Shown one piece after another: positions 49,024-49,024 of a DNA stretch of 49,024 nucleotides. Source of the DNA: Promethearchaeota archaeon (GTDB lineage Archaea > Asgardarchaeota > Lokiarchaeia > Sigyniarchaeales > SOKP01); contig JALGVJ010000029.1 in NCBI GenBank assembly GCA_029838195.1, forward strand, positions 1 through 49,024. The letters are read 5' to 3'. Below the pieces are notes generated by a model. The model searched no databases. It was not told the DNA's origin and worked only from the letters and a program-made list of their open reading frames with translations. Numbering within the stretch: position 1 is the first letter of the stretch; the number at the start of each line of letters is the position of its first letter. The position numbers were made by a program, and so were the translations under genes.

Positions 49024-49024
49024 A

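Noticed and set aside
1-49024. CRISPR array, cas genes, rRNA, integrase
   Set aside because: No regularly spaced repeats, rRNA-like tract or recombinase motifs seen

Overview
AT-rich (roughly 30% GC by eye) archaeal chromosomal window, most consistent with an Asgard archaeon (Lokiarchaeia-like). The basis is the gene set: rpl37e+LSm, SepCysS, SepF, PINA, tRNA-splicing endonuclease, plus ubiquitin-like, roadblock and longin-like proteins. Most genes are housekeeping or catabolic: 2-hydroxyacyl-CoA dehydratase pair, Ltp3/Ltp4-like thiolase-fold + DUF35 cluster, arylsulfatase, GH88, GHMP and PfkB kinases, transporters. Main observations: (1) a tRNA-Leu(TAA) interrupted by two bulge-helix-bulge introns in the D-loop, 1.5 kb from an EndA subunit lacking the catalytic His; (2) a ~2.3 kb island (truncated MJ1477/TM1410-like gene + ABC/AAA_15-21 ATPase + TOPRIM-like partner, PARIS/OLD-like) between ~305-bp diverged direct repeats of a convergent gene junction; (3) a CorA/RMD1-like 2-TM protein fused to an ADP-ribose-type Nudix domain; (4) a ubiquitin-like protein with a SUMO-like QAGG tail and a 2-residue extension; (5) strong over-representation of the palindrome CACGTG; (6) small ORFs missed by the ORF track, one with in-frame TGA codons. 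All family calls come from motif recognition by eye, not database searches.
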